A DNA stretch of 64,000 nucleotides from Verrucomicrobia bacterium UBA6982 (GTDB lineage Bacteria > Verrucomicrobiota > Kiritimatiellia > RFP12 > UBA3636). Numbering within the stretch: the stretch's first letter is position 1; every line of letters begins with the position of its first letter. Where the stretch lies: contig DJYI01000100.1 of assembly GCA_002448475.1 (NCBI GenBank), positions 5,154-69,153 of the forward strand. The letters run 5' to 3'. This document shows positions 7,863-15,916 of this stretch, one piece after another. Position numbers and translations under genes: made by a program. Below the pieces are notes generated by a model that had not been told where the DNA came from, did no database searches, and saw nothing but the letters and a program-made list of their open reading frames with translations.

Positions 7863-8989
7863 TTCTTGGCGTTCTGCCCCAGTTCGCCGACAAATGCGAC
7901 AAGTGGGATGAAATGTCTTCAGGAAACTGGGCCTATCTTCTTACCGAGCAGCCGCAGTTTGCCGACAAATGCGACAAGTGGAGCGGGATGACCGTTGATC
8001 ATTGGTTGAATTTGTTGAAGAAACAGCCCCAATTTGCGGGCAAATGTGATAAATGGAAAGAATTTGACGGTTACAAGTGGCTGCGTCTTTTGGAAGAACA
8101 ACCGCAATTGGCCGACAAATGCGATTGGAAAAAGTTTGATGACGATGCTTTGACAAGCCTTATACGTGAACAACCTGGACTAGTCGGCAAATGCGATTTG
8201 AAGAAGTTGAATGGGAACAATTGGCGGGTTCTTCTTGAAAAACACCCTCAGTTCGCTGACAAATGCGACTGGGAAAAACTGGATGGAGAAGATTGGTCGA
8301 CACTCTTGCGGACTCAACCACAGTTTTCCGATCGATGCAATTGGATCAAGATGTCCAGCGACGACTGGGCGGAACTTCTGAAATACCAACCGCAGTTTGC
8401 CGACAAATGCGACAAGTGGGGAAAAGTGTCTGCACATGGTTGGGCAGAACTTCTTTGCGAACAACCGCAATTCGCCGAGCGATGCAAGAAATGGAAACCC
8501 ATTGACGAAGACGATTGGCTCTGGGTTCTTTGTTACCAGCCGCAGTTTGCTGACAAGTGCGACAAGTGGAGCAATTTCTCGCCCAACACGTGGTGCAATC
8601 TATTGGGGGATCAACCCCAGTTTTCGGATCGTTGTACAGCTTGGAAGGGGATGACGGCTAGCGAATGGGCCCATCTTCTTGCCAAGCAACCGCAGTTTGC
8701 CGACAAGTGCGGTGTATGGGAACAGTTTTCCGGCAGCGAATGGTCTGATCTATTGCAAAGTCAGCCTCAGCTCGCCGATCAATGTGACTGGTCGAAACTG
8801 GAAGGATGGGATTGGGCTACGCTCTTGAGCAAACAGCCCAAGTTCGCGAATGGGTGTGATTTCGATTGGCTCAACGGAGAATGCTGGGCCTGGATCCTGC
8901 AATTTCAGCCTCAGTTCGCCGATCGATGCGAGTGGCTGAAACTGACCACGAAAGACTGGAAGTCTCTGCTCGAGGAGCGCCCCGAAATG
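7521..8989 (+). repeat. coding tandem repeat, period about 72-75 bp, about 19 units
   Basis: Read from the translated repeats spanning both frames of the 7404-9151 gene. Confidence 0.8.
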
Positions 8990-9151
8990 GAGAAATATCG
9001 GTCGCGCCTGCAAACGGCCATCCAGGAGTTGGATCGTCAGCAACGGACAAAAGGACAAACCGTTTCCAACAAGAAGCCCCCCAAAAAGAAGAGGTCTGCG
9101 CCAGCGAAGAAGTCCGCAGATTCCGAAGAGGAAGACTTCTTCTTTTCATAG
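7859..9151 (+). CDS. Trp/Cys 24-25-aa repeat protein, C-terminal segment (about 15 repeats plus a Lys-rich and acidic tail)
   Basis: Same frame as ORF 7322-9151. About 15 consecutive units fit consensus DKCDKW-x5-6-W-x2-LL-x2-QPQFA. The tail is KKPPKKKRSAPAKKSADSEEEDFFFS. ATG 7859 overlaps the TGA of the upstream segment (ATGA). Repeat homology in this frame already starts at about 7811 (SKWCDFGKLDRTDWR). Confidence 0.75.
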   Translation: MILGVLPQFADKCDKWDEMSSGNWAYLLTEQPQFADKCDKWSGMTVDHWLNLLKKQPQFAGKCDKWKEFDGYKWLRLLEEQPQLADKCDWKKFDDDALTSLIREQPGLVGKCDLKKLNGNNWRVLLEKHPQFADKCDWEKLDGEDWSTLLRTQPQFSDRCNWIKMSSDDWAELLKYQPQFADKCDKWGKVSAHGWAELLCEQPQFAERCKKWKPIDEDDWLWVLCYQPQFADKCDKWSNFSPNTWCNLLGDQPQFSDRCTAWKGMTASEWAHLLAKQPQFADKCGVWEQFSGSEWSDLLQSQPQLADQCDWSKLEGWDWATLLSKQPKFANGCDFDWLNGECWAWILQFQPQFADRCEWLKLTTKDWKSLLEERPEMEKYRSRLQTAIQELDRQQRTKGQTVSNKKPPKKKRSAPAKKSADSEEEDFFFS

Positions 9152-9313
9152 CTCACAAAGAGCAAGGGGTGCATACGCCAAAGCCCAAGAAGCCGAGGTT
9201 CACGCCAGCAACGTTCGCCATCGGTGTCGAGATTGTCGTTGTGTTCGTTCCCATACACGCGTCAATCCGATTGTTCCCGTTCGAAGGTTCACCAAGTCCT
9301 TTTGGAAAACGAC

Positions 9314-9589
9314 ATGAAAGCCGACAACACCGCAATCCCGCCCGAAGTCCGCGAAAAGTTGAAGCAGTCCTTCATTCGAAGCGGGCCGAGCGGCGTGGCG
9401 GAACTGGAAGAGTTCAAGACCCTGGCCGAACTACCCGGCTGGGGCTGGAGCAAGTTGCTCCGCAGTTGGGATGACCTCCCGCTTGGGGCCTACGCGAGCG
9501 TCTGCGATTGGTCCAAGCTTGATGACGACGATTGGGAGCTGCTCCTCGCCTTCTATCACCATTTCGTAAACAAATGCCCGACTTCGTGA
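9314..9589 (+). CDS. small protein with two to three Trp/Cys repeat units (third paralogue)
   Basis: 91 aa from ATG 9314. It contains WGWSKLLRSWDDLPLGAYASVCDWSKLDDDDWELLLAFYHHFVNKCP. Confidence 0.5.
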   Translation: MKADNTAIPPEVREKLKQSFIRSGPSGVAELEEFKTLAELPGWGWSKLLRSWDDLPLGAYASVCDWSKLDDDDWELLLAFYHHFVNKCPTS

Positions 9590-9598
9590 ACTTTTTTC

Positions 9599-9627
9599 TT
9601 GCATTTTTTGCAGAGTTTTGTTATAAT
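9599..9627 (+). promoter_or_regulatory. sigma70-type promoter candidate (TTGCAT - 17 nt - TATAAT)
   Basis: The -35 TTGCAT lies at 9599-9604, followed by a 17-nt T-rich spacer and a perfect -10 TATAAT at 9622-9627. It sits 29 nt upstream of ATG 9656 in an AT-rich gap. Confidence 0.5.
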
Positions 9628-9655
9628 CTCGTCATCGTCGCAACAGCGGCGATCA

Positions 9656-9910
9656 ATGACAAAACCAAGGGAAAACAACACCATGATGGTCGTAAGCCGA
9701 GAATTGTATGAATGGTTGAATCACCCCGAACAAAAGCCACGATGCAAACTGAAGTCGAAGGACATGGTCGCCCGGGACACGTTTGCCCGGGAAAGGATCA
9801 AACTCGTCTCCGCCGCCGAGTTCTTCGGGGAAAAGCCGAAAAGGAAACCCGCAGGCAAGCCGCGCAAATCGTCTCCTTCGGGACGCTGTCAGAGGTGCGC
9901 CGCCACATAG
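9656..9910 (+). CDS. small basic hypothetical protein
   Basis: 84 aa from ATG 9656 downstream of the promoter candidate. Lys/Arg-rich C-terminus ending GRCQRCAAT. No recognised family. Confidence 0.35.
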   Translation: MTKPRENNTMMVVSRELYEWLNHPEQKPRCKLKSKDMVARDTFARERIKLVSAAEFFGEKPKRKPAGKPRKSSPSGRCQRCAAT

Positions 9911-9942
9911 CGGCACGCCCTTGGAGGCGCAGCGTCTCGTAG

Positions 9943-10264
9943 CGCCACTTTTCAACCTTTCAACTTTTCAACCTTTCAACCGCCTGCGGAGGCAGGGCGC
10001 ATGGCGCGGCCGGAGGCCGCAACCCCAGCGTCGCGGGCTGGAGGCCCGCGCTCCCAGGCATGGCGCGGCCGGAGCCCCCCCAGCGCCGCGCCACTTTTCA
10101 ACCTTTCAACTTTTCAACCTTTCAACCGCCTGCGGAGGCAGGGCGCATGGCGCGGCCGGAGGCCGCAACCCCAGCGTCGCGGGCTGGAGGCCCGCGCTCT
10201 CAGGCATGGCGCGGCCGGAGCCCCCCCAGCGCCGCGCCACTTTTCAACCTTTCAACTTTTCAAC
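9943..10264. repeat. tandem composite repeat, about 147-bp unit x 2.2 (four YTTTCAAC octamers plus a GC-rich hairpin block)
   Basis: The unit GCCACTTTTCAACCTTTCAACTTTTCAACCTTTCAACCGCCTGCGGAGGCAGGGCGCATGGCGCGGCCGGAGGCCGC...CGCGGGCTGGAGGCCCGCGCTCCCAGG... starts again at 10090 and 10236 with one or two differences. Confidence 0.9.
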
Positions 10265-10343
10265 TGTCTGCAAATCGACAATTGGCACAATGTTCACAAA
10301 TTCGCATTCGCCGCACTCGTGCCTATTCGTGGAACGGGCTTGC

Positions 10344-11666
10344 CTACATGTCCTCAAGAGAGAGTCCCTTGAACGAAGTGCGGTAGTCCGTCCATTCCGG
10401 AACGGACGCGAGAAACGCCTTTGCCTTTGAGCGGAGGGTCGCCAGAGAGATGCGCGAAGCATCGCGCTTGACTTCGCAGAAGGTCGCTTGACGGTCGATC
10501 TCGTTCGCGGCAATGAGGTCGATTTCGTTTTCACCTTTGCGGTCCCACCACGCTCCGAGGCGGGTCAGGCCGCCGCTTTCGAGGAAACGCTCCCTGAACC
10601 AGCGCTCGAGTGCGAAGCCGCTGAATATCTCGTAGTCGCGTTCCACGAGACGGCGAAGCTCGTCGAACGCCCGCATTTCGATTAGGTGTCCGTAGCGTTC
10701 GACGAACCGGAACCAGAAGAGAAAGAATTCGTCCGCGATGGCGTAGCGCAGGTTCTTGGCGGCCGGTTTGGAAAGAAGGGGCTGTCGGCGCACGATCACG
10801 CCGTAGTCCTCCTCCAGCCGCGTGAGGTAGCCGCCGATCTTTGTGCCGAGCGACTGCTCCAGTTCGTTTCTTGCCGTGCGCCCGCGCGCGATGCCTGAAA
10901 GAATGGAAAAGTAGGTTCCGTAGTCCTTGCCGAACTCGTCCACGAGGACGGCACGGCCTTCGTCGAGGAAGAACGAACTTTCTCGGACGATCTCCCGGAT
11001 CATCCGCCCTCGGTCGGTCGCGTGCGCGTCCATCAGCAGCGAAACGTATTTGGCGACGCCGCCGGTAAAGGCCCAGAGCGCGAGTAGGTCCTCGTTCGTG
11101 GCGGCGGGGGCGTGGTCGCGCAGGATCGTGCGCAGGACGTCCGTCCGGAACGGACGGACGGTCATCATCGCCGTTTGGCGTCCGTAGAGCGGTTCCTTGT
11201 AGTCACGGAATATCCGGGAAAGAAGCGTACTCACGCTGCCGCAGACGACGAGGTTGATCTGTGCAGTCCGCTCGTGGCGCCCCCAGGCGTCCTGCATTTC
11301 GCTGAACACGGCGGGATTCACGCGGCGAAAGTCCTGGAATTCGTCGATGAAGAGCGTGATCGGCCGCGTCTCCGCTGCCTTGAGGATGGTTTCGAAGATT
11401 GGAGCGAAGTGCAGGACGCCGCCCGCGCCGACGGGGATGCCGAGCTTGGTTTCGACCTCTGCGGCGAACGTCTCGCACAGGTCGGCCTCGGCCTTGCGCG
11501 CGACGTAGAAATAGAGGTAGGGCTCGTCGCCGAGCGCCGTTTGGACGAGGGCGGTCTTGCCTACTCGCCGCCGGCCCGTGACGACCGTCCACTGCGCAGT
11601 CTCGCGCGACCGTTCGCGGATGTCCCGCAATTCCCTGATTTCATTCTCCCTGTCGTAGAATTTCAT
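10344..11666 (-). CDS. AAA+ ATPase of the archaeal-ATPase/DUF234 type
   Basis: 440 aa. The N-terminus FYDRENEIRELRD...VVTGRRRVGKTAL carries a Walker A motif and LFIDEFQ is the Walker B motif. The C-terminal part resembles DUF234. Confidence 0.8.
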   Translation of the reverse strand: MKFYDRENEIRELRDIRERSRETAQWTVVTGRRRVGKTALVQTALGDEPYLYFYVARKAEADLCETFAAEVETKLGIPVGAGGVLHFAPIFETILKAAETRPITLFIDEFQDFRRVNPAVFSEMQDAWGRHERTAQINLVVCGSVSTLLSRIFRDYKEPLYGRQTAMMTVRPFRTDVLRTILRDHAPAATNEDLLALWAFTGGVAKYVSLLMDAHATDRGRMIREIVRESSFFLDEGRAVLVDEFGKDYGTYFSILSGIARGRTARNELEQSLGTKIGGYLTRLEEDYGVIVRRQPLLSKPAAKNLRYAIADEFFLFWFRFVERYGHLIEMRAFDELRRLVERDYEIFSGFALERWFRERFLESGGLTRLGAWWDRKGENEIDLIAANEIDRQATFCEVKRDASRISLATLRSKAKAFLASVPEWTDYRTSFKGLSLEDM

Positions 11667-11882
11667 TGCTTTTCTCCCTGAAAGAAAACAGCCGTTGCCG
11701 CAACCGCTGTTTTCTTTCGAGGAGCCTAGCCTTTTCCGAGACTAAAAGCAAGCACTACTTTCAAACAGGCAGGGCCGCGAATAAAAAAACGCGCCCGCCA
11801 TGATGGCGGGGCGCGATTTTATGCGTCTGCCCTGACATCCGGCAGAGATCCCAAATCGTGCGGTCACTATGCTGGCGACCGC

Positions 11883-12318
11883 CGCGGGCAGGATGCCCGC
11901 GCTCCCAGGACGGGCCGCCCGGAGGTCGGCCCCTACCATGTTGCTTTGCCGCGGGCTGGAAGCCCGCGCTCCCAGGCATGGCGCGGCCGGAGGCCGCACC
12001 CATGTTCGCGGGCAGGATGCCCGCGCTCCCAGGGCGGGCCGCCCGGAGGTCGGCCTCTACCATTGTGCTTGTCGCGGGCTGGAAGCCCGCGCTCCCAGGG
12101 GCGACGCAGCGTCGCGGGCAGGATGCCCGCGCTCCCAGGGTGGGACGCGCGGAGGTCGGCCCCTACCATTGTGCTTGCCGCGGGCTGGAAGCCCGCGCTC
12201 CCAGGGCGGGCCAGCGTCGCGGGCTGGAAGCCCGCGCTCCCAGGGGGGAGGCCGCTCCCACCATGTTCGCGGGCAGGATGCCCGCGCTCCCAGGAAGCTT
12301 TCTGCCCGCGCTCACAGG
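11883..12318. repeat. array of about 9 copies of a 27-bp hairpin repeat CGCGGGC(A/T)GGA(T/A)GCCCGCGCTCCCAGG with short, partly repeated linkers (REP/BIME-like)
   Basis: Copies start at 11883, 11950, 12008, 12073, 12113, 12179, 12217 and 12268, with a degenerate copy ending at 12318. Each has a 7-bp stem (CGCGGGC/GCCCGCG). Linker GGAGGTCGGCCCCTACCAT(G/T)T(T/G)GCTT recurs three times. Confidence 0.9.
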
Positions 12319-12517
12319 ACGAACGGCGTGCTCGGAGAGCATGCCCTACTAAAACGGCTCGCCGGGACGGCTCGCCCCTCCCGTATGTGGCAACGACGCA
12401 CACTTTGCGAGCTGTTCTGGCTTTGCGCGATAATGCACGCTTTTTTTTCTTGCCTTTTGCGCGCGTTCATTCTACAGTTGGGGCTGTCACCCGCCATGTT
12501 TCCTTTCTGAAAAAGCC

Positions 12518-13558
12518 ATGCCAGACAATTCAGACGTCCCGGTTTCCGAAAGCAAATTCTCAAAGTTCCCGTTCCGCTTCGTCGGATTGATCCTGATTGC
12601 CGCCGCCGTGCTGCTGCATGTGCGGCAGTCGTCAGAGCAGCGCAACAGGGAACTTGGCGCCGCCAAGGTGCGTCAGAGCGCCGCCGCCGGCGTTTTGGGG
12701 CTTGGCCTGCGCGCCGTCCCGGACGGAGCCTCCCACGAACCGATCTTCGAGCCGTGCTCGCGCGAAGTGGCGTCGAACATTCTGGCGTGTCTTTCCGCGG
12801 CTGCTCCAACTCGCGACGCTCCGCCGGACGGAGCCAAAACATACGATCTGTTCCTCCTGCTTCCAGACAGGGCGCGGGCGTTTTTGCGCGCGCAGCGCGC
12901 TCCGGGCGACGACTCCGCGTTCGTGGCGCTTCGCTCCGTCCAGCGCTCCGGCGCTTCGCCGGTCGAGCTCGACTGCGTTCCGGCCGTTGTCGAGGGGCTT
13001 GGCGCGATTTTCGACGAACTCGACACCGGCGAGGGCGGAGCGCTTCGAAAAACGGTCGAGCTTCCCAATTTAGAGCATTGGAAGTCGGTTTCGCGCGACG
13101 CGCCCGAGTTCTCGCTGTCGCCGGAGGAGCGCTCCTCGACTGCTTCTTCGCTTCGGGCGGTCATAGCTAAGGGCGTGGCGGCGATCGGGGTCTCCTCCGG
13201 ACGCTCGACCCCGGATTCCCCGGTGGCGATGTCCCTGCTGGTCGGGCAGGCGCTCTCCGACGCGCTTGCGACATTCGCGAATGCCGAAGACGTCGATAAT
13301 CCGTCGCCCACAATCGATGGGCGCGGCTGCTCGGCGGCGATTTTCGCGACCGACAAGGTCCGTCTTGCGCTCATGGTTGCAATCCCGGACGAGTCTCCCA
13401 ATGACGCTCTTGTCGGATTTATCGAAACGACCGACAATGGTGGTCCAGACGGGCGCCCGTCCGCGACCGTTTCGCCGCCAGCGCGCGTTCCCGGCCTCGG
13501 CGCGGTGATCGCCCCGGCTCTTGACGCCGCCGGGAAGGTCGCCGGAGCGGCCGAATAA
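12518..13558 (+). CDS. hypothetical membrane-anchored protein
   Basis: 346 aa with a single N-terminal hydrophobic helix (FRFVGLILIAAAVLLHV). The rest is Ala/Ser/Pro-rich. No family recognised. Confidence 0.5.
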   Translation: MPDNSDVPVSESKFSKFPFRFVGLILIAAAVLLHVRQSSEQRNRELGAAKVRQSAAAGVLGLGLRAVPDGASHEPIFEPCSREVASNILACLSAAAPTRDAPPDGAKTYDLFLLLPDRARAFLRAQRAPGDDSAFVALRSVQRSGASPVELDCVPAVVEGLGAIFDELDTGEGGALRKTVELPNLEHWKSVSRDAPEFSLSPEERSSTASSLRAVIAKGVAAIGVSSGRSTPDSPVAMSLLVGQALSDALATFANAEDVDNPSPTIDGRGCSAAIFATDKVRLALMVAIPDESPNDALVGFIETTDNGGPDGRPSATVSPPARVPGLGAVIAPALDAAGKVAGAAE

Positions 13559-14607
13559 TGCGGATTTTACTCGCGCCGCTGCGCGGCGTGACCCTTGCCC
13601 CGTTCCGTCGGACGCTTTCTTTGCGTTTCGGCGGACTGGACGGCGCTCTCGCCCCTTTCGCGGCGCTTGGCGGGCCGGGAAGAGTTCCGGCTAAGATTTT
13701 CGCCGATGTCGCGGCCGACGCGCGCGGCGAGTTCCCGGTCGAACCCCAGGTCATCGGGCGAGACCCGGATTCGCTTCGCGAGGCCGGGCGCATACTGCGC
13801 GACATGGGGTTTTCCCGCATGAATCTCAATTGCGGATGCCCGTGGAAATTCGTCGCGCGGAAGGGGCGCGGCAGCGGTCTGCCGGAAGATCCAGTAGCGT
13901 TCGAGCGAATGCTAGAGGCAGGGTGCGAGGCCATGCCGGGGGGATTTTCTGTCAAGATCCGACTCGGACGGCATTCGCCACGGACGCTCGAAGAAAGGGC
14001 GGAAATGCTAAACCGCCATCCGCTTCGGTGCATCGTGGTGCATCCGCGCACTGCGGATCAGATGTATGGCGGACGCGTGGATCTTGACGCCTTCGGGCGC
14101 GTTTTGCCGATGCTGCGAGCGCCAGTCATCTACAATGGAGACATTTTTTCGGCGGACGACGCGGTTGCCATCGCGGCGCGTTTTCCATCTATTTCCGGCA
14201 TCATGATCGGACGTGGCCTTTGCATGCGTCCATGGCTTGCGGAGGAAATCGCCACACGTCTTTCGGGAAAGTCGCTTTTGCCGTCTCCGGAGCGTGAAGC
14301 TGAAAACCGCGCCCGGGCGTTCCATTTCGCCGAGGCTCTCGCGGAGCAATACTCCAGCCAGCTTTTCGGCCCGGCACCGCTGCTTGGGCGGCTCAAGGAA
14401 CTCTGGAGCTATCTCCACGCCGCCTTTGAGGGCGGCGACGAAGGTTTGCGCCGCATCTTGCGCTCAACCACGCCAGAGGCGCTTCTTGCGGCCGTGCGCT
14501 TCCTTGCCGCTGGCGCCGGAGTTGACGTCACGCAGCCGCGCTTTGCGCGCGGCGGCGAGTTGCGCGATTGTTCGTCAGACCGAATCGACGGGGCGCAGCA
14601 GCGCTAA
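13558..14607 (+). CDS. tRNA-dihydrouridine synthase family protein
   Basis: 349 aa. NLNCGCP motif plus the TIM-barrel Dus pattern (LLAPLRGVT..., VHPRT). The ATG overlaps the upstream TAA. Confidence 0.8.
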   Translation: MRILLAPLRGVTLAPFRRTLSLRFGGLDGALAPFAALGGPGRVPAKIFADVAADARGEFPVEPQVIGRDPDSLREAGRILRDMGFSRMNLNCGCPWKFVARKGRGSGLPEDPVAFERMLEAGCEAMPGGFSVKIRLGRHSPRTLEERAEMLNRHPLRCIVVHPRTADQMYGGRVDLDAFGRVLPMLRAPVIYNGDIFSADDAVAIAARFPSISGIMIGRGLCMRPWLAEEIATRLSGKSLLPSPEREAENRARAFHFAEALAEQYSSQLFGPAPLLGRLKELWSYLHAAFEGGDEGLRRILRSTTPEALLAAVRFLAAGAGVDVTQPRFARGGELRDCSSDRIDGAQQR

Positions 14608-15909
14608 GACGCGAACAGGGAAGCGCAGTCCGAGAAACGGGCAGTTGGACGATTTGGACGCCAAGTCGTCCACGGCGGGAATCCATTCGCAGGGCTGAAG
14701 GAGCGTCACCGCCGCCGGAGAGCCGGCGGCGAGCGTTGGCGGCGGCAGCCCTATGACTGAGGCCGGTCCTGTTGTCCAGCGACGCGTCCATTCGAGCGGC
14801 GACATGCCGGCCTGCTCGACCATGGCGAGCCATGACGCCGGAAGAGCCGTTTCGAGACCGATCACACCGAAGGGGGCGGTTGCGAACCCCCGCGCCTTCG
14901 CGGAGGCGGCGTGAGGCGCGTGGTCCGTCGCGAAGCACGAGACCGTGCCGTCGAGCACCGCGCGGCGAAGAGCGGCGCGACCTTCCCGCGAGGGCAGGGG
15001 AGGATTCATTTTCCAGACGGCAGGGGCTTCGTCAGGAATGTCGTCCGCGCAGAAGAGCAGATGGTGCGGCGTTGCTTCGGCCGAAACGCAAACGCCGCGC
15101 GCGGACGCCGCCGCGACAAGAGCAGGCGATTCCTCGGCAGACAGATGCTGCAGGTGCAGACGCGCGCCGGTGCGCGCTGCGACGGCGATGTCGCGCCGCA
15201 CGGCCTGGAGTTCCGCCTCGTCGGGGAAAATCGCCAGCCCTGCGGCGCGAGCGGCCGCGCACTGGCGAACGACACCGCCTGCGGCAACCGACGCCGCCAC
15301 GGCATGGTCCATTACCGGGACATTGAGCGCGGCGGCACGGCGCATGACCTCTTCCAGCGCCGCTTCAGGCTCAACCGAGGCTCCGTCGTCGGTGAACGCG
15401 ACGGCTCCGGCGGAGGCGAGCGCTTCGATGGGCGCCGCGACGCCTCCGGCGCGCCCTACAGTGCAGCATGCGGAATGAAGGGCGACAACCCGCCTTTCCG
15501 TGGCGGCTGCGGCGAGCGCCGCCTGGTGGCGCAGCGCCTCCGGAGAGTCAACCGGCGGAGTCGTGTTTGGCATCGTCACGACAGTTCCGACGCCGCCGCG
15601 CGCGGCGGCGGCGAGGCCGGAGGCGACGGTTTCGGCGCTTTCGCCGCCAGGTTCACGGAAATGGACGTGCAAATCTATGGCCGGCGGCATCGCCACGAGC
15701 TTTCCGGAGCATTCAATGTCAGGCGCGCCAGGGGCAGGGGCGTCGTCAAACGCGCCGTCGCGGCAGAAAACGTCGCGGACTTGATCCGTGCCGGACGCGG
15801 GATCCAGCGCGCGGACATTGCGCAGAGACCAGGAAGCGGCTGTAAGGACGCCGGGCTTCAATTTGAAGCCCTCCGGCGCCCGAAGCCCACAGTCCGAGAT
15901 CGGCGTCAT
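14575..15909 (-). CDS. pyrC: dihydroorotase (amidohydrolase superfamily)
   Basis: IDLHVHFREPG metal-binding motif, TVVTMPNTTPP and FATDHAPH. ATG 15909 was chosen because the 74-aa extension in the ORF track overlaps the upstream gene and is Arg/Pro-rich. Confidence 0.85.
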   Translation of the reverse strand: MTPISDCGLRAPEGFKLKPGVLTAASWSLRNVRALDPASGTDQVRDVFCRDGAFDDAPAPGAPDIECSGKLVAMPPAIDLHVHFREPGGESAETVASGLAAAARGGVGTVVTMPNTTPPVDSPEALRHQAALAAAATERRVVALHSACCTVGRAGGVAAPIEALASAGAVAFTDDGASVEPEAALEEVMRRAAALNVPVMDHAVAASVAAGGVVRQCAAARAAGLAIFPDEAELQAVRRDIAVAARTGARLHLQHLSAEESPALVAAASARGVCVSAEATPHHLLFCADDIPDEAPAVWKMNPPLPSREGRAALRRAVLDGTVSCFATDHAPHAASAKARGFATAPFGVIGLETALPASWLAMVEQAGMSPLEWTRRWTTGPASVIGLPPPTLAAGSPAAVTLLQPCEWIPAVDDLASKSSNCPFLGLRFPVRVLALLRPVDSV

Positions 15910-15916
15910 GTTTGGA

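Noticed and set aside
11883-12318. Possible CRISPR array (regularly recurring 27-bp palindromic repeats)
   Set aside because: The spacers are too short and irregular (11-40 bp), and three of them are the same sequence. The same repeat module occurs in other loci (9943-10264). No cas genes are in the window. This fits REP/BIME-like repeats instead.
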